In this document: one piece after another, positions 9,430-18,574 of the stretch
How the letters are laid out: every line of letters starts with the position of its first letter
How positions within the stretch are numbered: the stretch's first letter is position 1
Assembly: GCA_964525605.1 (NCBI GenBank)
Contig: CAZGKT010000001.1
Span: 133,153-197,152 of the forward strand
Reading direction: 5' to 3'
Length of the DNA stretch: 64,000 bases
Origin: an uncultured bacterium
Lineage (GTDB): Bacteria; Oederibacteriota; Muellerivitia; Muellerivitales; Muellerivitaceae
Program-made: the position numbers and the translations under genes
Notes under the pieces: generated by a model
Seen by the model: only the letters and a program-made list of their open reading frames with translations
The model's database searches: none
What the model was told of the DNA's origin: nothing

Positions 9430-11622
9430 CTAGGCGGTGGGTTTCGAACCTTGGGACGTAAATGTTGGTATGTCCTGAATGAAACGTCCGTTTACTTGAG
9501 TGGGAACAGGTGGCAAACCTAAATTCATAGCTTCTGCTGAAGAAGCGGAACCTGAAGGATTGCTTAACCCAGGGACCTGAAAATCGTCCAATCCGGGAAT
9601 GCCAGCATCAGTAGAAACTATCGGAACCGGCGGAGCTAGTCCATCAATCCCTTCGGGCGGCAAACCGTCTAAACCCGCCGGAGGAAGCGAATTGTCCAAA
9701 ACAGGTGGAGGCAAAAACGAAGAATCACCCATCACTAAATCAGTCAGCGCTGGCGGAAGAGCTTCGTTTTGTAGTGTAGGGGGAAGATCCGCCGTATTCA
9801 AATCTGGAGGAACTGCAGAGACACCATTATCTAGTGGCTGGGGAACGTTCCCGGGAAGCGCTGCCATTGAGTCATCTGGAATTGCTGGAATTCCAGTATC
9901 GACAGGGTTAGGGAGCCCAGCCAAATTATCTTCGGGTATTACAGGTGAAGTTGCCCCTGGAAGGCCATCTGGTATTGGAAGTGAATCGGTCGAAGAAACA
10001 ACCGGCGATGAATTTAATCCGTCCGGTGTGGGAAGAACTGCCATTGAATCATCCGGTGACGTCAGGGCTGTGTTATCCATCAATCCTTCCGGAACAGGAA
10101 GAGCATTATCCTGGGGAGTCGAAAAGCCAGCATTGGCTTGATCTCCCGGCACGGGGAGTAATGCAGGACTTTCGTCAGGCAATACAGGAAGCCCCAGGTT
10201 ATTTGATGGGTAAGTTCCCGGTAAAACCGCCATATCCGTTTGTGGGGTTGGTAAATCGCCCAAAAGAATGGCCGAATTAGAATCCATATCAGCGGGAGGC
10301 AAAGAGGCGTCCTGATTATTATCCAACGGCAGCGTGTTTAAATCGGCCCCAGGATCAACGGGAAGCGAATTTTGCGCCATTGGTTCAGGATAAACGCCAG
10401 GCAATTCCGATTGAGGTAAAGGAGGGAGCCCTGCTGGCGCATTGTTATCCATTCCAGGCAGTGCGGGAACACTATTATCAGGTGTTGAAGAAGGAGCATT
10501 GGATGCGGCTGGTAATGCTGGGAGACCGGAATCTGGCGTAGCAGGTGTAGGAGCACCCACATTATTATCGGATGGGAGGGCAGGAAGACTCGAATCTGAA
10601 GGGCCGGGTGAAGCCATGCCAGTCGGAGCAGGCACAGGAGGTACAGACGAATTATCAGTTGAAAGTGGGGGAAGAGTTGAAGATTGCCCACTATCCGTTG
10701 GCAAGGGCGGCAAACCCGAAGCCGTATTATCACCGGAAGCGCCAGCAGGAACGGGAGGTAATGAACTTGTAGAGTTGGCAGAAGAGTTATCACCTGTCAT
10801 CGGTGGCAATACAACACCTGACCCAGAAGAGGCAGAATTGTCGCCCGGCAATGGAGGCAGGGCTGATGAAGGTGCTAAAGATGATTGAGGCATCGGCGGA
10901 GCTGCCGAATTGGAATCAGAAACCGCCCCTGGAAGAGGAGGCAACCCGGTTGAATTGCCGTTATCCGTAGCGCCGGGTAAAGGTGGCAATCCGGAAGAGG
11001 ACGCGTCTGAAGCGGCACCTGGCAAGGGGGGCAATACAGCAGAAGCCTGACCCGGAAGGGGAGGTAAAACTTCACCATTTGAAGACGACATTCCAGGGAG
11101 GGGAACGGACACCATAGGCGGACTTTGCTTCAACCGCGCCATCCTCACGCCATTATGATAACGCCGCATATCAGGGTGAGCAGAAAGCATGGATGGCAAC
11201 CGGTCCCGAATATCATTGGTAACTTTCTTCGCTTCAAGTTCATCGGAAGGATTGACGGTTAATTCAAGAAATTCAAAAGAAGAGGTGTATCTTTGCACTT
11301 CAGCTATTTTGATAAATCCAACCGGTTCCCCATTGGGAGAAAAAAGGGCAAATACATCACCTCTTTTAACGCCACCCAAATCGCCAACATCAATGTAGTT
11401 ACCGCTGTATTCTTTTCCAGGGGTATCCCTTAAGGCGATAACCTGTCCCCCGATAAAGGAAGCGTTGTGATGTAAATTCTTTAGGTTATTTTTAAATTGA
11501 ACAGAATAAGGTAAATCAGTACCCGTTGAAGGGCCTAAACCATAGGCCCCATTTCCTGGAGTCGATATCCCAACAGATAGGACAAAAGCCAAGGCGGGGA
11601 GAAGGAAAGAATAACGTCTCAT
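9430..11622 (-). CDS. secreted proline-rich repeat protein (N-terminal ~170-aa globular domain plus ~550-aa disordered LPPLPG/LPxxPG repeat region)
   Basis: 730 aa with a signal peptide (MRRYSFLLPALAFVLSVGIS). Dozens of degenerate 'GLPPLPG', 'LPALP', 'LPPV' repeats rich in Pro/Ser/Asp/Asn. No internal stops across 2.2 kb. The + strand of this region is G-rich as expected for CCN codons on the minus strand. Confidence 0.7.
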   Translation of the reverse strand: MRRYSFLLPALAFVLSVGISTPGNGAYGLGPSTGTDLPYSVQFKNNLKNLHHNASFIGGQVIALRDTPGKEYSGNYIDVGDLGGVKRGDVFALFSPNGEPVGFIKIAEVQRYTSSFEFLELTVNPSDELEAKKVTNDIRDRLPSMLSAHPDMRRYHNGVRMARLKQSPPMVSVPLPGMSSSNGEVLPPLPGQASAVLPPLPGAASDASSSGLPPLPGATDNGNSTGLPPLPGAVSDSNSAAPPMPQSSLAPSSALPPLPGDNSASSGSGVVLPPMTGDNSSANSTSSLPPVPAGASGDNTASGLPPLPTDSGQSSTLPPLSTDNSSVPPVPAPTGMASPGPSDSSLPALPSDNNVGAPTPATPDSGLPALPAASNAPSSTPDNSVPALPGMDNNAPAGLPPLPQSELPGVYPEPMAQNSLPVDPGADLNTLPLDNNQDASLPPADMDSNSAILLGDLPTPQTDMAVLPGTYPSNNLGLPVLPDESPALLPVPGDQANAGFSTPQDNALPVPEGLMDNTALTSPDDSMAVLPTPDGLNSSPVVSSTDSLPIPDGLPGATSPVIPEDNLAGLPNPVDTGIPAIPDDSMAALPGNVPQPLDNGVSAVPPDLNTADLPPTLQNEALPPALTDLVMGDSSFLPPPVLDNSLPPAGLDGLPPEGIDGLAPPVPIVSTDAGIPGLDDFQVPGLSNPSGSASSAEAMNLGLPPVPTQVNGRFIQDIPTFTSQGSKPTA

Positions 11623-11679
11623 GTAAACCTCGAAAGGTTGAGATGAAATTGAAGGCCAAACTGTTTTTCATGATAACAA

Positions 11680-11716
11680 AAAACGATAAAAGGGGGGATT
11701 TTTTTGCCCCCTTTTT
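11680..11716. terminator. bidirectional rho-independent terminator-like hairpin (GGGGG-N9-CCCCC flanked by A/T runs)
   Basis: 'aaaaacgataaaaggggggatttttttgccccctttttaa'. Lies between the start side of the Pro-rich gene and the stop (11728) of the convergent-by-position OMP gene. Gives a G/C stem with a T-tract on either strand. Confidence 0.5.
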
Positions 11717-11727
11717 AAACGCTGATT

Positions 11728-12780
11728 CTATAAACGAGTAATGAGCGAAATGTAATTAATTGACCCGATGGAATTACTTACAAATGCGTAATCAACTTCA
11801 AACAGATAAGCCCATATACCCACCCCCACGGAAGGAGTGAAGTCATCATCATCGAATTGCATTCCTTTTGTTTCAAAACCGCCTCGAATAGCTACGAATT
11901 GTTTATACCAATATTCCAAACCGAGATGATAATTATTGAGAGATTGGCCAGCATAAAGGGTATCCGCATCAAAATTAATCTCAAGGGTACTTACCGGGAC
12001 GGGAGCACCGTTAGTGGTCACCCGTTTACCCAGTTCCTGAGTATAAGAAAGCCCCAGCGTCAAGCTAGGTTGGAGTGTTTGGGTTGGATTGGTGGGGGTA
12101 TTAGACCAAGTCACATATGATCCCCCAGTAATGTCCCGTCCAACTAAACCTATTGCAAATTCCTTGGCTGGTTTAAATATTAAACCAAGATCCGACCCAA
12201 TTCCAAAAGCCGAGGCCCCGGCCGCATCGGTTTTTAAAACCTTAATGGTTCCCCCAATCACTAGCTGATCCGCTACTTTCCATCCGCCTGAAAAAAAACC
12301 AGCCTGATCCGAATAAGAAGTCGTACCAATCACATTGGGACTTGATGCGTTGGTTATTGAAATCCCATCCACACCCAATCGCAGATAACTTATAGCGTAA
12401 GAGCCTGCATCTTTAGTATTGAAAGCAATATTTACAAAGTCGTAACTCTGGAGATCGTTTTCAGCCGCATGCATTGTTGTAATTTCAATATCGTCAATTA
12501 AAGCTAAGCCCGCTGGGTTCCAATATGCCGCCGAAGCATCATTTGCCGCCGCAACAAAAGCCCCTCCCATGGCCAATGGTCTTGCCCCTGCACCTTTGGT
12601 TAAAACTTCGGCGGTGTAATCTGTCGATTGGGCCCGAAGAGTAGCAACCCCTAATCCTAAAAAAATGGCTGACGTAAAAACAGAGATATAAAGTTTTGGA
12701 CCCACTGAACTTCTCCTCTCATGGACCAACAAATTTAGGGGCTTCACAAAAAGTTTATCAACCACCCCTTGAAAATTCAA
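11728..12780 (-). CDS. outer-membrane beta-barrel protein, FadL/TodX/PorV family (paralog 2)
   Basis: 350 aa with a signal peptide. Same N-terminal motif as the 2031..3044 protein ('GARPLAMGGAFVAAANDASAAYWNPAGLA'). Clearly paralogous. Confidence 0.6.
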   Translation of the reverse strand: MNFQGVVDKLFVKPLNLLVHERRSSVGPKLYISVFTSAIFLGLGVATLRAQSTDYTAEVLTKGAGARPLAMGGAFVAAANDASAAYWNPAGLALIDDIEITTMHAAENDLQSYDFVNIAFNTKDAGSYAISYLRLGVDGISITNASSPNVIGTTSYSDQAGFFSGGWKVADQLVIGGTIKVLKTDAAGASAFGIGSDLGLIFKPAKEFAIGLVGRDITGGSYVTWSNTPTNPTQTLQPSLTLGLSYTQELGKRVTTNGAPVPVSTLEINFDADTLYAGQSLNNYHLGLEYWYKQFVAIRGGFETKGMQFDDDDFTPSVGVGIWAYLFEVDYAFVSNSIGSINYISLITRL

Positions 12781-12987
12781 CTTGAATAGATTAAGCGATC
12801 TTTTTACTTTCGAAAGACACTTTTACGATAAACTGTGTCACAACAAAAGTAATCTTCGTGGCGGTTCAGTAACTTTATTGGCTGTCTGAGTCGAATAATC
12901 CGGTAAATCAGTTTCCGTTTTGGAGGGCCTGCTAAAAAGAGACACGATCTCTTCGAACTGTCGATTTGTTGACAAAGAACAAAAACG

Positions 12988-15489
12988 ATGGGTATAGTTA
13001 GCCAATTTCCCAAGCTATTCGAATTTGCAGCCCAATCATTTTGCCTATCAAGGAGACGATTAATGCCTGAGGTTAAACTTTGCGGGAAATGCGGTACGAA
13101 AAATCCATCATCAAATAGTTTTTGCGAACAATGCGGCAGTAAATTAAGCACACAAAACACTTCTTCGGCGACTACAGAAAAAACGGAAAAGAAACAACCG
13201 GTTTCGGTCAAATCTGCAAAGACTGGAATTAGTGCACCACCAGACTTAATAGTCGAAAAAAATCTCACTATCACCACCTCAGGGATGAACGCATCTAGCG
13301 TAACGGTCACATGGATGAATCTTTTTTATGTCGCACTACTGTTGATCACTATTTTTACGCGTTTTGATCATCTTGGTTCCAAACCGCATCATCATGATGA
13401 AAGCATGCACTCCTTTTATTCCTACCAACTTTTCAAAGATGGCGATTACGAATACAACCCAATGATGCACGGGCCCTTCCAGTTCCACGGAAACGCATTG
13501 ATGTATTACCTATTCGGTGTTTCAGATGCCACCTCACGGTATCTGGCAGCTTCTTTTGGCGTCCTAACAGTGATACTCGCCATGTTTCTCTCTCCTTTTC
13601 TCGGCCGCACAGGTGCCTTTCTGGCAACGCTACTCATCGTTTTTTCTCCAAGTTTTATGTATTTTGACCGTTTTACTCGGGAAGACGCTTATATTTGCGG
13701 GGCCACCTTTGCTATGGTCGTATTTTTATTCCGCTATGTTCGTTCCCGTCAACCCATCGACTTGTGGATTGCCTCACTAGGTTTTATCATTGCTTTCTGT
13801 ACCAAAGAATCCATGTTTATCACGATTGCCGTTATTGGGACCTATCTTTTTATTCGTCTGCTTCCCTGGCTCGATGTCTTTATCGCCGGAGGCTTAACTT
13901 GCTTGGGCGTTCTCTCGCAATTAGTCTTGAAAAATGTCGCTCCAGAAATGCCACAATCCACCCGTATTGTTTTCTTGCTCGTTTTTGCCGGCTCGGCTTT
14001 AGCTTGGACCCTTTACAACCTTTACATTCGATGGAAGTCAAACCAAGGAAAAAATTCAGAAAGTAACCTTTGGTCTGTTATCGAAAGCTTACGTATTGAA
14101 AAAGTCCAAATGGAATTAATGCTTTTTGCCGGTTGGTGGGTCCTGTGTCTCTTGTATTTGCGTCTATCCTTTTTGCAGCTTCCGCAGTTTACATTTATTT
14201 CAGTTCTGCTTTTGCTGGCCTACTTCATTCTTATTGGGCGTTTCGCTTGGTTGTGGCTCAGCAACGTATCCTCAGCCCTGACCGGTTCCATAACCATTGT
14301 TTCAGTTGTCTTTACCCTCCTCTTCACCACCTTTTTCACGGTGGGCGCCAATCAGCCGGATTGGCTAAGCCGGCTTCACTATCTTTTAAATGCCCTTTAT
14401 AACGGGGCATTTGGAGGTCTTGAATATTGGTGGGGACAACATGATGTCCACCGGGGTGACGAGCCTTTCTATTATTACCTGGTTGAACTTCCTGCCAACG
14501 AACTGGTTTCGTTCTTGTTTTCTGGGATTGCCATAGTTTATTACGGGGTTTTCAAGCGAAAAAACCTCCCACTTTTCTTGTCGTATTGGTACCTGGGTTC
14601 GTTGGCGCTCTTTTCCTGGGCTGGTGAAAAAATGCCCTGGTTGATCCTCCACCCCCTTCTACCTGCCTTGCTTTTAACCGCCTTTTTTGTGGGTGAAATT
14701 TGGGACGCCGTGCCCATCCAACAAGGTTGGCGATCCGCTCGAATTGCCGCACTTATGGGGTTCGGAATCCTCGCTTCATACTCCTTGCATTCGGCAGTTC
14801 TATTAAGCTTCTACCATGAAGCAAATCCCGTCGAACCCCTCGTCTATGTTCAATCGGGGCCCGATTGCAAAGAAGTGGAGCGAATTATAAGAGAGATTTC
14901 TTATGGAGAAACTGGGGGGCCAGACCTTCCCCTGACCATTGAGGATAAATGTTCCTGGCCATTCGCCTGGCAATTGCGAGATTTCGAAAAACGCAATCAT
15001 CCCTCAATGATTACTCAGGCCGATAACCCCATTATTCTTACCGGAACCGAAGCGGACAACCAATCCTATCCCATACTCAGCCAGGCAGGATATGTGAACA
15101 GGAAATACAAATTAAGGGTCTGGTGGGTTCCGTCCTGGTTTAAAAAGGGCTTTCCGGGCAGCGAAATGAATTTTGGACTTTTCTCGGACTGGCTTTTCAG
15201 TAACTTCATACCTGTCAAGCCGGCACGACCCGACATGGTGGATTGGACCGACCTTAAAAACTGGATTCTTTACCGGCAGGTTTGGTCCGATATGGGCAGT
15301 TATAACATGAGGATGTGGGTTCGCCCCGACTTGGCACAAAAATATGGGTTTACCGAAACGACACGTTCCGACATACCCGTTGATTATCCCAAAGCGGACG
15401 CCGTGACAACAGTATCCGTCCCCCAACCTGAAAATAAAAAAATAAATTTTCTAACATCTAAAAAACAACCCATGCCTAAAAAAAATTAA
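12988..15489 (+). CDS. GT-C-fold polytopic membrane glycosyltransferase-like protein (TIGR03663/PMT/ArnT-like) with N-terminal double-CxxC zinc ribbon
   Basis: 833-aa ORF. The probable true start is the Met at 13063 (MPEVKLCGKCGTKNPSSNSFCEQCGSKL: CxxC-X13-CxxC zinc ribbon). This is followed by >10 predicted TM helices with an early loop motif 'HHHDESMHSFYSYQ' (GT-C-like acidic DE motif), then a ~250-aa C-terminal soluble domain. The C-terminal domain resembles that of the N-terminal half of the 2053-aa protein. Confidence 0.6.
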   Translation: MGIVSQFPKLFEFAAQSFCLSRRRLMPEVKLCGKCGTKNPSSNSFCEQCGSKLSTQNTSSATTEKTEKKQPVSVKSAKTGISAPPDLIVEKNLTITTSGMNASSVTVTWMNLFYVALLLITIFTRFDHLGSKPHHHDESMHSFYSYQLFKDGDYEYNPMMHGPFQFHGNALMYYLFGVSDATSRYLAASFGVLTVILAMFLSPFLGRTGAFLATLLIVFSPSFMYFDRFTREDAYICGATFAMVVFLFRYVRSRQPIDLWIASLGFIIAFCTKESMFITIAVIGTYLFIRLLPWLDVFIAGGLTCLGVLSQLVLKNVAPEMPQSTRIVFLLVFAGSALAWTLYNLYIRWKSNQGKNSESNLWSVIESLRIEKVQMELMLFAGWWVLCLLYLRLSFLQLPQFTFISVLLLLAYFILIGRFAWLWLSNVSSALTGSITIVSVVFTLLFTTFFTVGANQPDWLSRLHYLLNALYNGAFGGLEYWWGQHDVHRGDEPFYYYLVELPANELVSFLFSGIAIVYYGVFKRKNLPLFLSYWYLGSLALFSWAGEKMPWLILHPLLPALLLTAFFVGEIWDAVPIQQGWRSARIAALMGFGILASYSLHSAVLLSFYHEANPVEPLVYVQSGPDCKEVERIIREISYGETGGPDLPLTIEDKCSWPFAWQLRDFEKRNHPSMITQADNPIILTGTEADNQSYPILSQAGYVNRKYKLRVWWVPSWFKKGFPGSEMNFGLFSDWLFSNFIPVKPARPDMVDWTDLKNWILYRQVWSDMGSYNMRMWVRPDLAQKYGFTETTRSDIPVDYPKADAVTTVSVPQPENKKINFLTSKKQPMPKKN

Positions 15490-15503
15490 TAAAGATAGAA
15501 TGA

Positions 15504-15541
15504 AAAAGGAGGAACGGTTATTACCGTCCCTCCTTTTTTTA
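15504..15541. terminator. bidirectional terminator hairpin between convergent genes
   Basis: 'aaaaaggaggaacggttattaccgtccctcctttttttaa': ~10-bp stem (1 mismatch), 6-nt loop, T7 tract on + and A5 on the other side. Confidence 0.5.
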
Positions 15542-15558
15542 ATTCTCGATGCCTTTTT

Positions 15559-16287
15559 TTACAGTTTTCCCAACCACACCATCCACCGAAGCTTCCAGAC
15601 CGTGCAAGCAAACAAGGTTAATTCTTTAAGAGAAAGTTTGCTTTCGCCTTGATGTCGGTTTACAAAAACAATCGGAAATTCTATGACTTTCGCATTTAAA
15701 CGAACGGCCCTGAAAAGAATTTCCACCTGAAACGAATAGCCGGGAGAAAATATTTTATTCAAATCGATTTTCTTCAATAGTTCTGCTCGGTAACATTTGT
15801 AACCGCCGGAGCAGTCTTCCGGTTGAAGGCCTAACAGGTATTTCGTCACCGAGTTGGCAAAACGGCTAATAAAAAAACGCCCCATTCCCCAATTCACCAT
15901 TCCCCCATCCCGTACATATCGGGAACCGATCACCAAGTCATATTCCAAGGCCAATTCCAACATTTTGGGGATATTCACCGGATCATGGGAAAGATCGGCA
16001 TCCATCGCGATCACCCGCCGATATCCCTTTTTTAACCCGAATTGCATCCCCTCCACATAAGCGGTTCCAAGACCACTTTTGGCGGAACGGTGAAGCACCT
16101 TTACCCGCCGATCTTTTTTTGCGATAAGGTCCGCAATTTTCCCTGTCCCATCGGGAGAATTATCGTCAACCACCAGTAGGTCGCAAGCCTTTGTGGCTAA
16201 GAATATTTTTTTGTAGACCGTCTCAATATTTCCCTTTTCGTTGTAAGTGGGGACAACAATTAAGGTTTGGTTTCTGGTTGAAGGCAT
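15559..16287 (-). CDS. GT2-family polyprenyl-phosphate sugar synthase (dolichyl-phosphate mannose synthase Dpm1/Ppm1-like)
   Basis: 242 aa: 'VVPTYNEKGNIETV', 'VVDDNSPDGTGKIA', 'RVIAMDADLSHDP' (DxD / D-A-D catalytic motifs of GT-A Dpm1-like enzymes). Confidence 0.8.
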   Translation of the reverse strand: MPSTRNQTLIVVPTYNEKGNIETVYKKIFLATKACDLLVVDDNSPDGTGKIADLIAKKDRRVKVLHRSAKSGLGTAYVEGMQFGLKKGYRRVIAMDADLSHDPVNIPKMLELALEYDLVIGSRYVRDGGMVNWGMGRFFISRFANSVTKYLLGLQPEDCSGGYKCYRAELLKKIDLNKIFSPGYSFQVEILFRAVRLNAKVIEFPIVFVNRHQGESKLSLKELTLFACTVWKLRWMVWLGKL

Positions 16288-16449
16288 TTAATCCCTATTT
16301 TCGGTCAAATGAAGAAATTTAAAATCTCGTTAAAAATAAAGTTCTTCATAAAATCGACTTAATAGTAGTCTAATTTAAAAGCAGGGAACAACTAACAAAG
16401 GTATGTACGACCAATATCTTTAATCAAGAAAAACACCATCGCTAAAATA

Positions 16450-17481
16450 CTATTTCCCTGGTTTCATAATTGGAACAAACCGAGCTACACGATTAATTCC
16501 CTTTTCAACCACCAAAACTCTACCAGCTGTATCCACGGCGATTCCTGCCGTTTCACCCATCGTATCCTTTCGTTGATAAATGGCTAAAAGTTTCCCATCC
16601 GTAGTAAATCTTAAGACCGCACCACGACTGGCGTTGCTCGCATAAATATTACCCTGGTAAAAAGCTAGATAGGGCATCTCCTCGTTTTTACCTTTCCAGG
16701 TTAAAACTTTAAAGGACCCTAAAAATCTTCCATTTAGATCAAACTTTTGTATCCTGCGATTGTCCGAATCAGCAACATAAAGAAAACCGCCGGGGTCAGC
16801 TGTTATTCCAACTGGTTCCTGAAATTGTCCGTTAGCTGAGCCAAAGCCGCCCCACTCCATTAAAAAATTACCATTTAAATCAAAAACTTGTATTTTGTGG
16901 TTACCCGTATCGCAAACGAAGATTCGATTGCCCACCTCCACCAGATCTCGAGGACCAAAAAAACCATGGTTGAATTTAGAAAGAAATTTTCCCTTTCCAT
17001 CAAACTTTTGCACCCTGTGGTTGAAAGTATCGCAGACCAACAGGTTTCCCTGTCCATCCACGATTAAACCGCTGGGTTGAACAAATTGCCCATCCCCTTT
17101 GCCTTGAGTTCCAAAAGCAAATTCTTCCTGGCCGTTGGAATCAAACTTACGGATATTATGTGCGCTGAAATCGCTGACATAAAATCCTCCATCGGGAGAA
17201 GCCGCCACCACCTGGGCTTCCTTAAATTTCTCGGATTTGGGCCCAGAACCATCCACTTCCATATCCGTGTAGATTTGGACAATTTTTGAGAGTGTCAGGG
17301 CCTGGGTCAATCGATCCACCCCCACATACGTCAAGACAGCCAAAAGGGCCAAACCAAAAACAACTGATAAAACCACCATCCCTTTGCCAATTTTTCTTTT
17401 TTTCGCATTTCCCGTCTGCAACTTCGACTTCTTTGAGCGGAGGGTGGATTTATTGGGCATGCTTTTCTCCTTAGGATTCAA
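16450..17481 (-). CDS. N-terminally membrane-anchored NHL-repeat beta-propeller protein
   Basis: 343 aa. Basic N-terminal tail plus TM (MVVLSVVFGLALLAVLTYVG). Six repeats of the 'G.F..P.G.a.d..G.iyVaD..N.RIQ.Fd..G.F' type (e.g. 'NHRVQKFDGKGKF', 'NHKIQVFDLNGNF', 'NRRIQKFDLNGRF'). Confidence 0.75.
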   Translation of the reverse strand: MNPKEKSMPNKSTLRSKKSKLQTGNAKKRKIGKGMVVLSVVFGLALLAVLTYVGVDRLTQALTLSKIVQIYTDMEVDGSGPKSEKFKEAQVVAASPDGGFYVSDFSAHNIRKFDSNGQEEFAFGTQGKGDGQFVQPSGLIVDGQGNLLVCDTFNHRVQKFDGKGKFLSKFNHGFFGPRDLVEVGNRIFVCDTGNHKIQVFDLNGNFLMEWGGFGSANGQFQEPVGITADPGGFLYVADSDNRRIQKFDLNGRFLGSFKVLTWKGKNEEMPYLAFYQGNIYASNASRGAVLRFTTDGKLLAIYQRKDTMGETAGIAVDTAGRVLVVEKGINRVARFVPIMKPGK

Positions 17482-17493
17482 TCAAACTTGATC

Positions 17494-18546
17494 TTATTGG
17501 CCCTTGATCTTGAAAAGGCTTCCAGCCCCTGCGTCAACAACAAGCAAGTTCCCATCCTTATCGACCGCCAGACCCATCGGAACGCGGAACAGATCGTTAC
17601 CAGCCGAATCCTTTTGAATCGAAGTCACCAAGGTTCCGTCGAGATGGTAGCAAAGAACCTGTTTGCCCCTGCCATCCGAAACGTACAGAAGCTGTTTCGT
17701 TTTATCCAATGCCAAGTGGGGTTCCATATCCACCTGATCCTTGACCCATCCCTTAACCGGCCATTGTTTTAGAAATTGTCCATCGGGGGAGAAAACCTGT
17801 ATCCTGAAATTTAATCGGTCGGCGACGTATAAATTTCCCGCTTGATCCAAAGCCAATCCGATGGGTTCATTGAATTCCCCGGGTTTTGTTCCCGGAATCG
17901 GGGCGCCTGACTTGGGGTCTACCGCACACCAGGTCCGTATTTTTTGGCCCTTGGGGTCGAATTTAACGACACGGTGTTTCCCAGTATCCGCGACATAGAT
18001 AAAACCATTTCCGTCGACCGCAACTTCTCGAGGTCCCCAAAATCCATCTCCAATAGCAAATGCCAACTTAGGATTGCCATTTTTATTGAATATTTGAATA
18101 CGGGCGTTCCAAGTGTCGGCGACATAAATAGTATCGTCAGAACCAATGGCAATACCATTCGGCTCGTTCAACTTTCCAGGAAGGGCTGAAGAAAGTTTCT
18201 TTGCGTCCCCACCGCCCACGTTGCCAAATCCCCCAAACTCACCTTGAAATTGCCAATTCTTGGCGGAGAACCGTTGAATTCGATGGTTCTTGCTGTCAGC
18301 CACAAAGATATCGCCCTTACTGTTGACGGCAATTCCGCGAGGATATGAAAACTGGCCCGGTCCGGATCCAGGAGTGCCCCCCATCAGTAAAACCAGGTTA
18401 GCTGCTGCAGGCGATGGTGCCCGGGAGATGATGGGTTTAGGTTTGGAAAGAACCATTGCCCATACCGCCGCCAAGGCCACTAAAATCAGAAGCCCAGCCA
18501 TGATGAGTTCCTTCAGTGTTACAATGCGTTCCCCGATCTTGATCAT
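17494..18546 (-). CDS. N-terminally membrane-anchored NHL-repeat beta-propeller protein (paralog)
   Basis: 350 aa. TM anchor (LIMAGLLILVALAAVWAMV). NHL repeats ('NHRIQRFSAKNWQF', 'NARIQIFNKNGNP', 'KHRVVKFDPKGQK', 'NFRIQVFSPDGQF'). 12-bp spacing to the downstream NHL gene. Confidence 0.75.
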   Translation of the reverse strand: MIKIGERIVTLKELIMAGLLILVALAAVWAMVLSKPKPIISRAPSPAAANLVLLMGGTPGSGPGQFSYPRGIAVNSKGDIFVADSKNHRIQRFSAKNWQFQGEFGGFGNVGGGDAKKLSSALPGKLNEPNGIAIGSDDTIYVADTWNARIQIFNKNGNPKLAFAIGDGFWGPREVAVDGNGFIYVADTGKHRVVKFDPKGQKIRTWCAVDPKSGAPIPGTKPGEFNEPIGLALDQAGNLYVADRLNFRIQVFSPDGQFLKQWPVKGWVKDQVDMEPHLALDKTKQLLYVSDGRGKQVLCYHLDGTLVTSIQKDSAGNDLFRVPMGLAVDKDGNLLVVDAGAGSLFKIKGQ

Positions 18547-18574
18547 TTTCCAACCCTCCCGTTGAATTTTGAAA

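Noticed and set aside
9599-10888. Plus-strand ORFs of 111-180 aa (9599..10141, 9945..10280, 10442..10888) rich in Gly/Ser/Ala
   Set aside because: They are mirror-frame artefacts of the CCN/AGN-rich minus-strand proline-repeat gene. Low-complexity compositions lack stop codons in several frames.
12804-13310. 168-aa minus-strand ORF upstream of, and overlapping, the 833-aa gene
   Set aside because: Overlaps the zinc-ribbon start of a well-supported gene on the opposite strand. No motifs.
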